Assembly: GCA_964016885.1 (NCBI GenBank)
Contig: OZ024741.1
Location: forward strand, 387,996,001 to 388,060,000
From: Eledone cirrhosa
Lineage: Eukaryota
Reading direction: 5' to 3'
Length of the DNA stretch: 64,000 nucleotides
Under the pieces are notes generated by a model that was not told the origin of the DNA, did no database searches, and saw only the letters and a program-made list of their open reading frames with translations. Position numbers and translations under genes: made by a program. Of the stretch, positions 48,430 to 61,916 are shown one piece after another (position 1 is the first letter of the stretch; each line of letters opens with the position of its first letter).

Positions 48430-51400
48430 ATATTTGCTATTTCTATAGGTGTGGGTGGTGTTATTGTTGTTAGGTGTGTTTTTGTTGTCTGTATCTGGTA
48501 TGTATTTGTGGCCTGCCTTAAGTAAAGCTATATTGTAGTAGTTCGCGTGTTCATTAAAAATCTCTGGGTTAGAAGATAAGCGTGAAATTCTAAGGGATAC
48601 ACTATGTGCTATGGAGTTAATTATGGAGCTAGATTTTCGTTATTTTTATGGAAAGGCTCTATTAGTCCTGTGTTTAGGTTGAGTCATACATCTAACAAGT
48701 TAGCTTTTTTAGAATTAAGTTCGAAAGTGATGTCTAGGCCTAGTTTATTGAAGAAGATTCTAATGTTTTTACGTAATCTTTCCAAGTTTTGATTATTTAA
48801 TTTTTAGCTAAAAGGAGTGTATCGTCTCTATAAATTCCTCCTTGGAGGTTATTAAATTCCTTATGTAAGATATGTGCTATATATATTCCAACTATGTCTG
48901 TTACTTGAACTGAGTCGTTAGATCCCATAGTGATATCAAAGCTATTCTGTCTGTTTTTTCTTTCCCAGTAACTATTATCGAACCTAATGATAGTTCTTCT
49001 AGCAGTTAGTATTATTCTAATTTCATCAGAGGATAGGTCCGAGTTTTTCTGTGCAAAGGTTAGTGCCTTATTTAGGGTGACTGGGGAAATGGAGGAGTAG
49101 TAGTCATTGATGTCAAACTGTATGAAGTTGGATGTTTTCTTGTTTATTTTGCTAAACCAATCTATTGCTTCGTTAGTGCTACCCCATAGCTTAATTATTA
49201 GTTTGTCTTTAATTTGTGCTATTATTCTATCTAGTATATACTTGCTGATTCTATCTATATCCAATTTCGATCATCATCATCATCATCATCAACGTTTAAC
49301 GTCCGTGTTCCACGCTTGCATGGGTTTGGACGGGGGTAGTCCCACTTGAGGCAAGAGTGATTGTCTTGCTCGCATAGGACTGTCTGGCAGGTTTTCTACA
49401 GTTGGATGCCCTTCCTAACACCAACCACATTTACAGTGTGGGTCTGGGAGGTTTTTACCGTGTTGCCTACACGGCCACATTACAGCGTGGACTGTGTGTT
49501 TTTTTGTCGTGACACCTACACGATCTCATTTGTTTCGGCCTCGATGGCGCGGCACCAACATAACTTTACATAGAACGGGGTGGTGGGACGGGGTGTATTT
49601 GTTAGAGATGCCTACTGGCTGGAGTAGGTTTTACTATATATTTAGGTAAGGCGGGTCTTCTCTGTTACTGAGTACCGCCAAAGGTCTCGGTCCAGTGACA
49701 TTGTCTTGGAGAGGTGTAAGTGTGTGATGTCGGAGTTTATCAGCTCGTCCCAGGTTTTTCTAGGTCTGCCTATTCCGTGACTACCGTCTATCTTTATTGC
49801 CCTGCACTTTGTTATACAGCTATCGACTTTCATGCGCATCACGTGTCCATACCAACGTAGCCTTCTCTCGAGTAAACAACATCTGATCCCTCTTATCTCT
49901 AATTTATTCCTTAGTTCGTTTATGCTTTGCCGTTCACGTATATTACTGTTACACATCCAGCGGAGCATGCAAGCTTCGTTCCTCTCTAGTCTGCGTATAT
50001 CCTCTGCACACAATGCCCAGGTCTCACTGCCATGCAGCATTGCTGTTCGTATGCAGGCATCGTACAACCTGCCTTTCATTTTTAGTGAGAACCCTTTAGC
50101 AGCTAATAGTGGTATAAGCTCTCTGAACTTTTTCCAACCAGTTCTGACTCTAGCTACAGTACTTTCAGAGCACCCTCCCCCACTGCTGATTTTATCGCCC
50201 AGGTAACGGAAGCTGTCCACTATTTCTATAGAACCCTCTGCGCAATTGAAAGAGCTAGTAGTTTGTGGGCACTTGCTGCTACTTATTGCACCAGAGCACC
50301 GGCCACATGTAAAATCTATGTTCTTAGTTAGCCTACCTGTGATCCCACTACATCTTTTATGCACCCATACTTTGCATTTAGGACATAAAATGGAGTTTCT
50401 ACCTACGCCTTTCCTACACACCGAGCACGACCATTTCCCAGAAGGGACCGCCGCCTTGTTTTCTTTCCTACAAACTAGTACTTTGGTCTTAGCCAGGTTA
50501 ATTTTAAGTCCTTTTGACTCTAGGCCGTGCTTCCATGTTTGGAATTTCTTCTCTAGCTCGGCCATTGATTCCGCTATGAGTGTCAGGTCGTCTGCGTATA
50601 GGAGTTCCCATGGGCAGCCTGTCTTGAACTCCTCTGTTATGGCCTGAAGGGCAATAATAAATAGTAGTGGACTGAGAACAGAGCCCTGATGGACGCCGAC
50701 TTTTACGCTAAACTCTTCACTATATTCGTTGTTAATTCTAACCTTGCTGACTGTTTCTTTATACATGGCTTGTATAGCCCTCACAAGCCATTCGTCAACG
50801 CCTAGTTTTCTAAGAGCCCACCAGATAATGGAGCGGGGGACTCTGTCGAAGGCTTTCTCCAAGTCGACAAAAGCTAAGTAGAGGGGTTTACCTTTAGCTA
50901 GGTACTTCTCTTGTAGTTGTCGTACTATGAAAAGAGCGTCTGTGGTACTTTTGCCTGACACAAACCCGAACTGCATTTCATCTAGGTCAATTCTCTCTCT
51001 GATTAGTTGCGCTATTACTCTTTCCGTGACCTTCATGACCTGGTCGATTAATTTAATGCCTCTATAGTTACTCCTATCTAGGGCGTCTCCTTTACCCTTA
51101 TAACAGTTAACGATGATGCTGCTATGCCAGTCCTTCGGAACAACCCCGTTTTGTACGACTTGGTTAACTATGCGGGTGACCATGGTGTGTCCCACCGTGC
51201 CAGATGCCTTCAGCATCTCAGCAACTATTTCCGAAGGCCCAGCCGCCTTACCAGTCTTCATATCCTTGATTGCCTTACTTATTATACTCCCCTCGACTAA
51301 CACTGCTGGTCCCTCTATTGGGTCGATATGGGGGAGACTGCCTTTCTCCCAATTATTCTCCTCATTTAGAAGCCTTTCATAGTGACACTTCCAAGCTACC

Positions 51401-52140
51401 TTCTTATCAGCGTCGGTGATGGCAAGTGTGCCATCGTCGTTTAGTACACACTTCTCCCCGACAATATCACGGTTTTCCTTGACGCATTGCCTAGCAATCC
51501 TGAACACCTCACGTTTTTGGTCATCGCGTTGTAGAACATGCTTGAACTTTCTTTCCTCAGCTTCCCTTCTTGCTAAGTACACTTGTCTCCTAGCTTCCCT
51601 CCTGGCCACTTGATAGTCCTCTCTACTTCCCCCATCCCGCCATACTTTCCAAGCCTGCTTTTTGGCCTTAATTGACCCCTCCACCTTACTGTTCCACCAC
51701 CGATGGGCATATTAATCTAATTGTGGGGTCTGTTTCGAAATTATTTTTGTGATCCTTTAGGTTAAATGTGGGGTTACAAGGGGTTAGAGGCTCGGTTCTA
51801 TCAGATATTTTCAGTCCTTCCTGAGTGTAGATTCCGTAGTTTTCTTGTATTTTTTTTGTGTAATTCATGGCGTATCAAGTTATCGTATGTATTAAGGCTC
51901 ATGGTGTATACGTTTGATGTTTTGTCCGCTTTTACTATAATACCGTTGGTGTTATGTAGTTTTTTTAGTAGTGCATTAATGTCGTTTTGTAATTTGTTGT
52001 GATGTGTCCGTTTTTTGAATTTGGTTCCGTTTATCATGTACATGAGGTCGAGTTCAAAGGCATCGAGTTGGGGGTTATTCGGTGGATTTTTGCAGTATTT
52101 GAACCCGTATTTTTCACAAGAAAATTCCTTATTTTTATTA
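48430..52140 (-). mobile_element. Penelope-like RT remnant (48430-49271 + 51701-52140), split by an RTE insertion
   Basis: KADKTSNVY, TIRLICPS|KLDI.RISKYILD, QFDINDYYSSI, ITMGSNDS, GIYRDD. Confidence 0.78.
49272..51700 (-). mobile_element. Young 5'-truncated PHD-RTE LINE with an uninterrupted 680-aa frame
   Basis: ORF 49642-51684 (RT + PHD + C-terminus); 3' UTR and (GAT)n tail; short TSD CGAT. Confidence 0.95.
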
Positions 52141-52183
52141 TTAGTATGTATATATATGTATATATTTATATATATAGAGAGAT

Positions 52184-55100
52184 ATCATCAGCATCATCAT
52201 CATCATCATTTAACGTCCATCTTCCACGATTGCATGGGTTTAGACGGGAGTTTTCCCACTTGAGGCAAGATTGGTTGTCTTGCTCGTATAGGGCTGTCTG
52301 GCGGGTTTTCTACGGCTGGATGCCCTTCCTAACACCAACCACGTTTACAGTGTGGACTGGGAGGTTTTTACTGTTACCTACACGGCCACATTACAGTGTG
52401 GACTGTGTGTTTTTTTTTTGTGACACCTACACGACCTCATATATTTCAGACTGGATGTTGTGGTACCAACATAACTTTACATCGAATGGGTGGGGGTAGT
52501 GGTACGGGGGTGTATTTTTGTTAGAGGTGCCTACTGACTGTAGGTTTCGCTTTGTACTTAGGCAAGGCAGGTCTTCTGTATTACTGTGTAGCGCCAAAGA
52601 TCTCGGTCCAGTGACATTGTCTTGGAGAGGTGTAAGTGTGTAAGGTCGGAATTTATCAAGTCGTCCCAGTTTTTCTGGGTCTGCCTACTCCGTGGCTACT
52701 GTCTATTTTTATCACCCTGCACTTTTTTATACAGCTGTCGTCTTTCATGCGGATCATGTGACCATACCAACGTAATCTTCTCTCGAGTAAACAACATCTG
52801 ATTCCTCTTATTCCTAATTTCTCCCTTAGTTCATTTATGCTTTGCCATTCACGTATATTACTATTACACATCCAGCGGACCATGCAAGCTTCGTTCCTCT
52901 CCAGTCTGCATATATCCTCTGCACACAATGCCCAAGTCTCACTGCCATGCAACATTGCTGTTCGTATGCAGGCATCGTACAACCTGCCTTTCATTTTTAG
53001 AGAGAACCCTTTAGCAGCTAATAGTGGTATAAGCTCTCTGAACTTTTTCCAACCAGTTCTGACTCTAGCTACAGTACTTTCAGAGCACCCTCCCCCACTG
53101 CTGATTTTATCGCCCAGGTAACGGAAGCTGTCCACTTTTTCTATAGAACCCTCTTCGCAATTGAAAGAGCTAGTATTTTGTGGGCACTTGCTGCTACTTA
53201 TTGCACCAGAACACCGGCCACATGTAAAATCTATGTTCTTAGTTAGCTTACCTGTGATCCCACTACATCTTTTATGCATCCATACTTTGCATTTAGGACA
53301 TAAAATGGAGTTTCTACCTACGCCTTTCCTACATACCGAGCACGACCATTTCCCAGAAGGGACTGCCGCCTTGTTTTCTTTCCTACAAACTAGAACTTTG
53401 GTCTTAGCCAGGTTAATTTTAAATCCTTTTGACTCTAGGCCGTGCTTCCATGTTTGGAATTTCTTCTCTAGCTCGGCCATTGATTCCGCTATGAGTGTCA
53501 GGTCGTCTGCGTATAGGAGTTCCCATGGGCAGCCTGTCTTGAACTCCTCTGTTATAGCCTGAAGGGCTATAATAAATTGTAGGGGGCTGAGAACAGAGCC
53601 CTGATGGACGCCAACTTTTACGCTAAACTCTTCACTATATTCGTTGTTAATTCTAACCTTGCTGACTGTTTCTTTATTCATGGCTTGTATAGCCCTCACA
53701 AGCCATTCGTCAACGCCCAGTTTTCTAAGAGCCCACCAGATAATGGAGCGGGGGACTCTGTCAAAGGCTTTCTCCAAGTCGACAAAAGCTAAGTAGAGGG
53801 GTTTACCTTTAGCTAGGTACTACTCCTGTAGTTGTCGTACTATGAAAAGAGCGTCTGTGGTACTTTTGCCTGACACAAACCCGAACTGCATTTCATCTAG
53901 GTCAATTCTCTCTCTGATTAGTTGCGCTATTACTTTTTCCGTGACCTTCATGACCTGGTCGATTAATTTAATGCCTCTATAGTTACTCCTATCTAGGGCG
54001 TCTCCTTTACCCTTATAACAGTTAACGATGATGCTGCTATGCCAGTCCTTCGGAACAACCCCATTCTGTACGACTTGGTTCACTATGCGGGTGACCATGG
54101 TGTGTCCCACCGTGCCAGATGCCTTCAGCATCTCAGCAACTATTTCCGAAGGCCCAGCCGCCTTACCCGTCTTCATATCCTTGATTGCCTTACTTATTAT
54201 ACTACCCTCGACTAACACTGCTGGTCCCTCTATTGGGTCGATATGGGGGAGACTGTCTTTCTCCCATTTATTCTCCTCATTTAGTAGCCTTTCATAGTGA
54301 CACTTCCAAGCTACCTTCTTATCAGTGTCGGTGATGGCAAGTATGCCATCATCGTTAAGTACACACTTCTCCCCGACAATATCACGGTTTTCCTTGACGC
54401 ATTGCCTAGCAATCCTGAACACCTCACGTTTTTGGTCATCGCGTTGTAGAACATGCTTGAACTTTCTTTCCTCAGCTTCCCTTCTTGCTAAGTACACTTC
54501 TCTCCTAGCTTCCCTCCTGGCCACTTGATAGTCTACTCTACTTCCCCCATCCCGCCATACTTTCCAAGCCTGCTTTTTGGCCTTAATTGACCCCTCCACC
54601 TTACTGTTCCACCACCATGTTACTCTCCTCCTGCCTACAGGCCTGCTCCAGCCACAGACTTCGTCTGTCGCCAACAGCAGGTTTGCTTTCAGAAATTCCC
54701 ACTGTCCCTCTATATTGTCCGACTCTAAATGTTCTTCCTTACTGTCGAAAGCATCAAGTAATATGCTTTGAAATTTATTTCTGGCTGTGGGGTCCTTTAG
54801 CTTCCATATTTTTCTCCTGAGGATAGTCCTCTTCTGCTGTCGAGTACGTCTCGTCCTGACTATGAGGTCGCTAATTATCAGTCTATGTTGGGAGGTGCAT
54901 TCTTCATGGGGGAGGGATTTAGTGTTTACAACAGACACTCTGTCACGTCTTCTGGTAAGGATATAATCTACCTGGCTTGTGTGTTCCCCGGATCTATAGG
55001 TGATCAGGTGATTGTCACGTTTTTTGAAGTTAGTGTTACAGATAGTTAGGTTATTTGCATCACAGAATTCCAGGATTCTGGAGCCTTCCTCATTTCTAGT

Positions 55101-56100
55101 ACCAAACCCATAGCCTCCATGGATTTTGTCGTAGCCGTCACAATGTTGTCCAACGTGACCATTTAGGTCGCCTGCAGTAATTATATAGTCACTGTCAGAT
55201 ATTTGGGAGGTAGTTAGCAACAGTGTCTCATAGAATCTGTCTTTTATAGTGCCGGGCAGTCCGGATTGGGGTGCGTACGCAGATATTACTGTCACCGTAG
55301 TTCTATTGAGGACAAGTCGTATTTTAATTATTCTGTCGTTCACTCTATTTACGTCTATTATCTTATCTGCCCACTTTTCTGCTACCATGATTCCTACTCC
55401 ACCCAGCCCATCGTCGTTTCCCACCCAGAAAAGCTTATAACATCGTTTTTTACCCTCAATGAATCTAGCAGACCCACCCCTCCACCTGGTCTCTTGAATA
55501 CAACAAACATCGACCTCCTTACGTTCAAGCATTTCTACGACCTCGTTAGCGCGACCCTTTAGGGTGCCTACATTTATGGTACCAACTCTGAAGTTTTGGA
55601 TTGCGTTTGGAGGGTGGGGGCGGGGGGAGATGGGGGTTATGTTAGCCATCCGCGGACGAAACAAAGAGGAGTGCTCGCATTCTCGTCCACGAGGTGAATT
55701 TGACTTTAACTTTGGCATTTTCGCTCTGAGCGTCCAGATTTTTCTCTCCCTTCCACTCTCCAGGATTCCGCAGTCCGTCCATGCATCCATCCATCCATCA
55801 TATATCGAAGGCAACCGGGCAAGCGATAGTATAGGCCTCTGGCTTATGATTGGTCCGCGTAATAATAATAATGGCGATGCGTGGGGGGGGGGGGGGGGGG
55901 GGGCTCTGGCTTATGATTGGTCCACGTATTAAGAATGGTGGTGTGTGGGGGCGGGTGGGAGGGGTGTGGGGTAGCTAGCTGGAAGTTTATCAATGTTTAA
56001 CAAGCGATTAACAAAAAGCAAAACTGCAAGATTTGTTCTGTTCAATACGACAAAAACAACCGTATTTAAACCTAAATAAATAACAAAAAATACAGATTTC
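52184..56100 (-). mobile_element. Near full-length PHD-RTE LINE (APE + RT + PHD) with one nonsense codon and one 3' frameshift
   Basis: ORFs 53820-55814 and 52656-53777 are in the same frame (AAG>TAG at 53820-53822); 1-nt deletion near 52669; 5' boundary approximate. Confidence 0.95.
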
Positions 56101-56259
56101 GGATTTTGCGAGATTGGATGTTTGGACTATGTACGAAATTGAAGCGTGGAGTAGATAGAAAAATGTGTACGTTACGATTACATGGGTACACCGTAGTAGG
56201 AATAATTGAAGCAGCAATGGATTGGCGAAAAGTGAATAAACATGAAGGGGAATTTATCT

Positions 56260-56342
<83 letters not shown>

Positions 56343-57079
56343 ATATATGTGCTCAAATGTAGCAAGGCCTCTGAAGAGGATGAAATTTGACCCAAGATGT
56401 TAAAAACCTAAAATAGAGAAGATTTTCTCTGACTGACTCATATGTGCCAAGTGGCCTGGTTCTCTGGAAAGGTACTTACACAATGGCAATCAGAAGTGAT
56501 AATCCCAATTTTCAAAAAGAGAGACAAAGGAGATTGCTCTAATTATAGTTAAGCCTCCCCTGTAAAGTTTATGCTAAGTGTCTGGCAAAGAGATGTAGGG
56601 AGATTTTGAGTTCAAACTAGCTGATGAACAGTAGTTTTTGCCCTGGAAGCAGCACAGCCGACCAAATATTCACACTGCAGCAGATCTTCATGAAATCGTG
56701 GGAGTATTGCTAAAAGGTGTATGTTTGTTTCGTAGACCTCAAAAAGGCATATGACAGCATTGCTCAGGCCCTATTGTAGAAGTGTGGGATCAATGGGCAG
56801 CTTGATGTTGCTCTGATGTCTCGATATGAACACCCTAGTATTTGCATTTGGATGAATAAGTTAAATTGAAACCATTCAATGTAGGTACCGTACTGTCACA
56901 TTTCCTGTTTATAATTTTTATGGATGAGGTTGACATGTGCAGCTGGGTTGGAAGTGGTATCAGGACCTGCGAATGTAGGATCAGAATATTCAGAAATTTT
57001 TCAGAGCACCCAAACTTTTCCAATGTTCACCACAAAGCCCACCTGTTGACCAAGTCAAATGTTTTGGTGAGATATACAA

Positions 57080-58830
57080 AAGACCTGTTACAAATCAATA
57101 CATTGTTCTAAGTACTTCTCTTGCAATTGTTGGCAGAAAAGGGTTTCATGATGGCATGGTTGCTTGTGTAATTGTATGGGGAAGCTGTGTTAATCCATAA
57201 GTGTTAGGAATGGAGTGAAGGAGGGAGATATTCCTTCTCCTACAATGTTTGCTTTGTACTTCACAATGGTATTTCAACTGGCTTTTGAAGACTGTAGGCA
57301 TGGAGCATATGTATGCTATTCCACAACTGGAAATGTCTTCAACATCAGACATTTTAAGGCGAAGACAAAGGTATTTTTGACATTGGTGAAGGATTTACTC
57401 TATGCTGATGATTGTTACCTTGTGGCTCACACAGAAAATGATATGCAACATCTGATGGATGATTTTGAGAAGGCTCGTACTGCCTTGAAGCTGACAATAA
57501 GTCTCAAGAAGACTGTGATGTATGGAAAGCACCTTGGAGTAGTAGTTTGCCATCAAGTCTTACAATTTGGATGAAGTGAATTTCAAGATTCAGAAAATAA
57601 GTCATGCTTTTGACAAGCTTGAAGTGTGTCTATGGTTCCAATATGGGATTTCACTGCTGATTGAAGTAAAAGTGTATAATGCATGTTCTCACACCATTAT
57701 TGTACGCTTGTGAAACACAGGTAACTTACAGGCATCACTACAAAAACTCAGAAATATTACTGGAATTGACTGGAGATACCATTTAATTGACACCAAGTTT
57801 CTTGAGAGAACGTACTGTCTCTGGTTATGGAAAACAGACTGAAGTGGAGTGGTCATGTGGATGACAGCCAGCTTCCCAAGAGGATGTTGTATGGTGAACT
57901 GGCCAGTGGAAAGTGACCACCTCACAAGCACAGGAACAGATACAAGGACTATCTTAAAGAGTCACTTATACACATTAACATTAATATCGCAACATGGGAA
58001 ACTGAAGCCTTTGATAGAAATAAATAAAGATAATTTATCAAGAAAAAATTGTTTTTGAGTTTTCTTGGGCACAACATGAGAAATTTAAAAGGGATGCCAG
58101 AAAGGGTCTGGCTGTCAAATTATCACAACAAATTGATGTCCATGGTTTCATCATCATCATCATCATCATCATTTTACGTCCGCTTTTCCCTGCTTGCAAG
58201 GGTGGGACGTGAACTGATTCTGGCTTGATTTCTACAGCTGGATGCCCTTCCTGACACCAACCTCATTTGCAGTGAGTGCTGGGTGCTTTTTTCCATGGCG
58301 GCTACACGTCCACTTTGCAGTGTGGGCTGGGTGCTTTTTTTTTTTTTTTTTTTTTTTTTGCCGTGGCACCTCCATGACAACTTTGCAGTGGAATGATAGG
58401 GACCCCAGTCCCTATCATCTCATTTCTACAGCTGAGTAAACTGGAGTAATGTGAAATAAAGTGTCTTGCTCAAGGAAACAACACATCACCCGGTCTGAGA
58501 ATTGAACTCACAACCTTTCGATTGCAAGGCCAATGCTCTAACCACTAAGCCATGTGTGAAATCTGCAACAGATTCTGTCTTAGCAAGGCTGGGAAGAAAA
58601 GTATCTTTGCAGTCATGAATATAGAGCTCCTGCCAATTACCAAATTGCCATGGCCAGAAATGCAACATGCACATAGAGTAGCTGTGGCAAAAGATGCAAG
58701 TCGGCTGGTTGCCTAAAAAGGCACATTAAAGTGCATAATGAGCCTCCTCAAGAGGTCAATAATGTTATGTCAAGAGTGTTGCACACCTGCCAAATCTGTG
58801 CAAACATCCATATGACTGAAGCTGATATCA
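57080..58830 (+). mobile_element. Degenerate RTE-BovB-like LINE with C2H2 remnants, interrupted by a SINE (58149-58556)
   Basis: GFHDGM, DLLYADDC, LTISLKKT, PKRMLYGEL. Confidence 0.75.
58149..58556 (-). mobile_element. tRNA/CORE SINE family 2 with RTE tail
   Basis: Reverse complement of the 31024-31360 family. Confidence 0.85.
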
Positions 58831-59894
58831 TTTCATAGCCATATTTGATCATAAGGTAGCTGCCAACATGTATGTATATGTGTGTGTGTTTGTGTGTGTG
58901 TGCATGTCTGTCTGTCTCTATGTATATATGTGTGTGTGTATGTGTGTGTGTGTGTGTGCATGTCTGTATCTCCTCTTAATTTTGAGTACATTTTTGACTG
59001 GCCACCTTCCTGGTGGCAAAATTGTAAAAGAAAAGAAATTGTCATACCTTGAATCACAAGAATGTTTTGCAAATTTTGAAGGTGCCAGCTATCGTAGCCA
59101 TTTGTAGTCTATGAATTAGGGAGTTGCACTCTTTGTCCACAAATCCAAGTTCAGTTATACTTTGGTCCAATAATAATGGGTATGAAGCTGAAGGTTTATC
59201 TTAGATACTGGATCTGCAAACTAATCATGAATGGCCCATAGATGTCCTCCTTTTTTATTTTTCTTACAACGTTGACATCAAGTCGGCAGCTGATCTCTAC
59301 AACAGAGCACGTTTTCAATGTATGGTCCCAAACAACAATATCAGGCCAGTTGTGCTTTGTATGTGTGTATGTATGTATGTGTGTATGTATGTATGAGTGT
59401 ATGTATGTATGCATGTATGTATGTACGTATGGTGCCAGTGTAATGGTTGTCTCTCAGCCACAGGAGATAATCTCTATTGGAAGCAGTTACCATAATTCTC
59501 ACAGCAGTGGTGAAGTCACAGATGATATTGTTTATGATAATGAACTTCTTCACAGTGGTCTTGAACAGAAAGACCCCTCTGAAACTATCAACATGTCACC
59601 TCAGCAACACCAACTTCACAACCAAACAACAAGTGTCTTACATTCAGAAGATTCATAGTCCTACAAATCATTCATGGTGCTTCTTCCAGTGTTGGCTTCT
59701 GATGACGATGAAGAGCACTGTACATCAACAGAAATTGAAAATCATTCTCAGACTTCATAAAATTTAAATATATGTATATATGCTAGCAGCAAAAATGTAT
59801 GTTAAATGATTATATATATATATATAATTCAAAGGTAAGAAATTGTTAACATGATTAATAATTTCACGTATTAATAAAAATGTTAATACATAAA

Positions 59895-60479
59895 TATATA
59901 TATATATGTGTATGCTTGTATGTATATATGTGTGTATATATATGTATATGTGTGTGTATATATGTGTATATATGTGTGTATGTATATGTATATATGTGTG
60001 TATGTATATGTATATATGTGTGTATATATATGTATATGTGTGTGTATGTATGTGTGTATATGTGTGTATATATGTGTGTATATATATGTGTATATATGTG
60101 TGTATATATATGTGTATATATATATATATGTATATGTATATATATGTGTATGTATATGTATGTATATGTATATATATGTGTATGTATATGTATATATATG
60201 TATATATATGTATGTATATGAGTATATATGTGTATATATGTGTATATATATGCATATATATGTGTATATATGTGTATATGTATGTATATATATATGTATA
60301 TATATGTATATATATGTATATATATATGTATATATATGTGTATATATGTATATATATATGTATATGTGTGTGTATATATATGTGTATATATGTGTGTATA
60401 TATATGTATATATATATGTATATATATATGTATATATATATGTATATATATGTATATATATATGTATATATATATGTAT

Positions 60480-60510
<31 letters not shown>

Positions 60511-60678
60511 TGTATATGTATGTATGTGTATGTATATGTATATATGTGTGTATATATATGTGTATATATATGTGTATATATATGTGTATATATATGTGTA
60601 TATGTATGTATATATATATGTATATATCTGTGTATATATATGTATATATATGTGTATATATGTGTATATATATATATG
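59895..60678. repeat. Compound (TA)n/(TG)n microsatellite, ~780 bp
   Basis: Visible directly in the sequence. Confidence 0.97.
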
Positions 60679-61153
60679 TCACTCATACACTTACACCTCT
60701 CCAAGACAATGTCACTGGACCGAGACCTTTGGCGGTACTCAGTAATAGAGAAGACCCGCCTACCTAAATACAAAGTAAAACCTACTACAGTCAGTAGGCA
60801 TCTCTAACAAAATACACCCCCGTCCCACCACCCCCACCCCATCCACACCGCCCCTTTCAATGTAAAGTTCTGTTGGTGCCACAACATCCAGGCCGAAACA
60901 AATGAGATCGTGTAGGTGTGACGTCAAAAAAACACACAGTCCACGCTGTAATGTGGCCGTGTAGGCAACACGGTAAAAACCTCCCATCCCCACACTGTAA
61001 ATGTGGTTGGTGTTAGGAAGGGCATCCAACTGTAGAAAACCCGCCAGATAGTCCTATGCGAGCAAGATAACCACTCTTGCCTCAAGTGGGAAAACCCCCG
61101 TCCAAACCCATGCAAGCGTGGAACACGGACGTGAAACATTGATGATGATGATG
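60679..61153 (+). mobile_element. Short 5'-truncated PHD-RTE copy (ORF end + 3' UTR) inside the microsatellite
   Basis: [25 protein letters not shown] plus UTR and (GAT)n. Confidence 0.92.
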
Positions 61154-61179
61154 ATATATATATATATATGTATGTATAT

Positions 61180-61229
<50 letters not shown>

Positions 61230-61357
61230 GTGTATATATATATATGTATATATATGTATATGTGTATATATATGTATATGTGTATATATATATATGTATA
61301 TATATGTATATGTGTATATATATGTATATGTGTATATATATATATGTATATATATGT

Positions 61358-61391
<34 letters not shown>

Positions 61392-61712
61392 ATGTATATG
61401 TGTATATATATATATGTATATATATGTATATGTATATATATGTATATATATGTATATATGTATATATATGTGTATATATGTATATATATGTATATATGTG
61501 TATATATATATATATGTATATATATATATGTATATATATATATGTATATATATATATGTATATATATGTATATATATATATATATGTATATATGTATATA
61601 TATGTATATATACATATGTGTATATATATATATGTATATATATATGTATATATGTATATATATGTGTGTATATATATATGTATATATATGTATATATATA
61701 TATATGTATGTG

Positions 61713-61745
<33 letters not shown>

Positions 61746-61752
61746 GTATGTG

Positions 61753-61785
<33 letters not shown>

Positions 61786-61916
61786 GTATATATATATATG
61801 TATATATATATATGTATATATGTATATATATATATGTATATATATATATGTATATATGTATATATATATGTATATATATATATATGTATATGTATATATG
61901 TATATATGTATATATA
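61154..61916. repeat. Compound (TA)n/(TATG) microsatellite, ~760 bp
   Basis: Visible directly in the sequence. Confidence 0.97.

Noticed and set aside
57135-57160. GGTTTCATG as the missing last MRPS18C exon (GFM...)
   Set aside because: It lies inside an RTE-BovB remnant (GFHDGM) with no acceptor tract and no KDP motif
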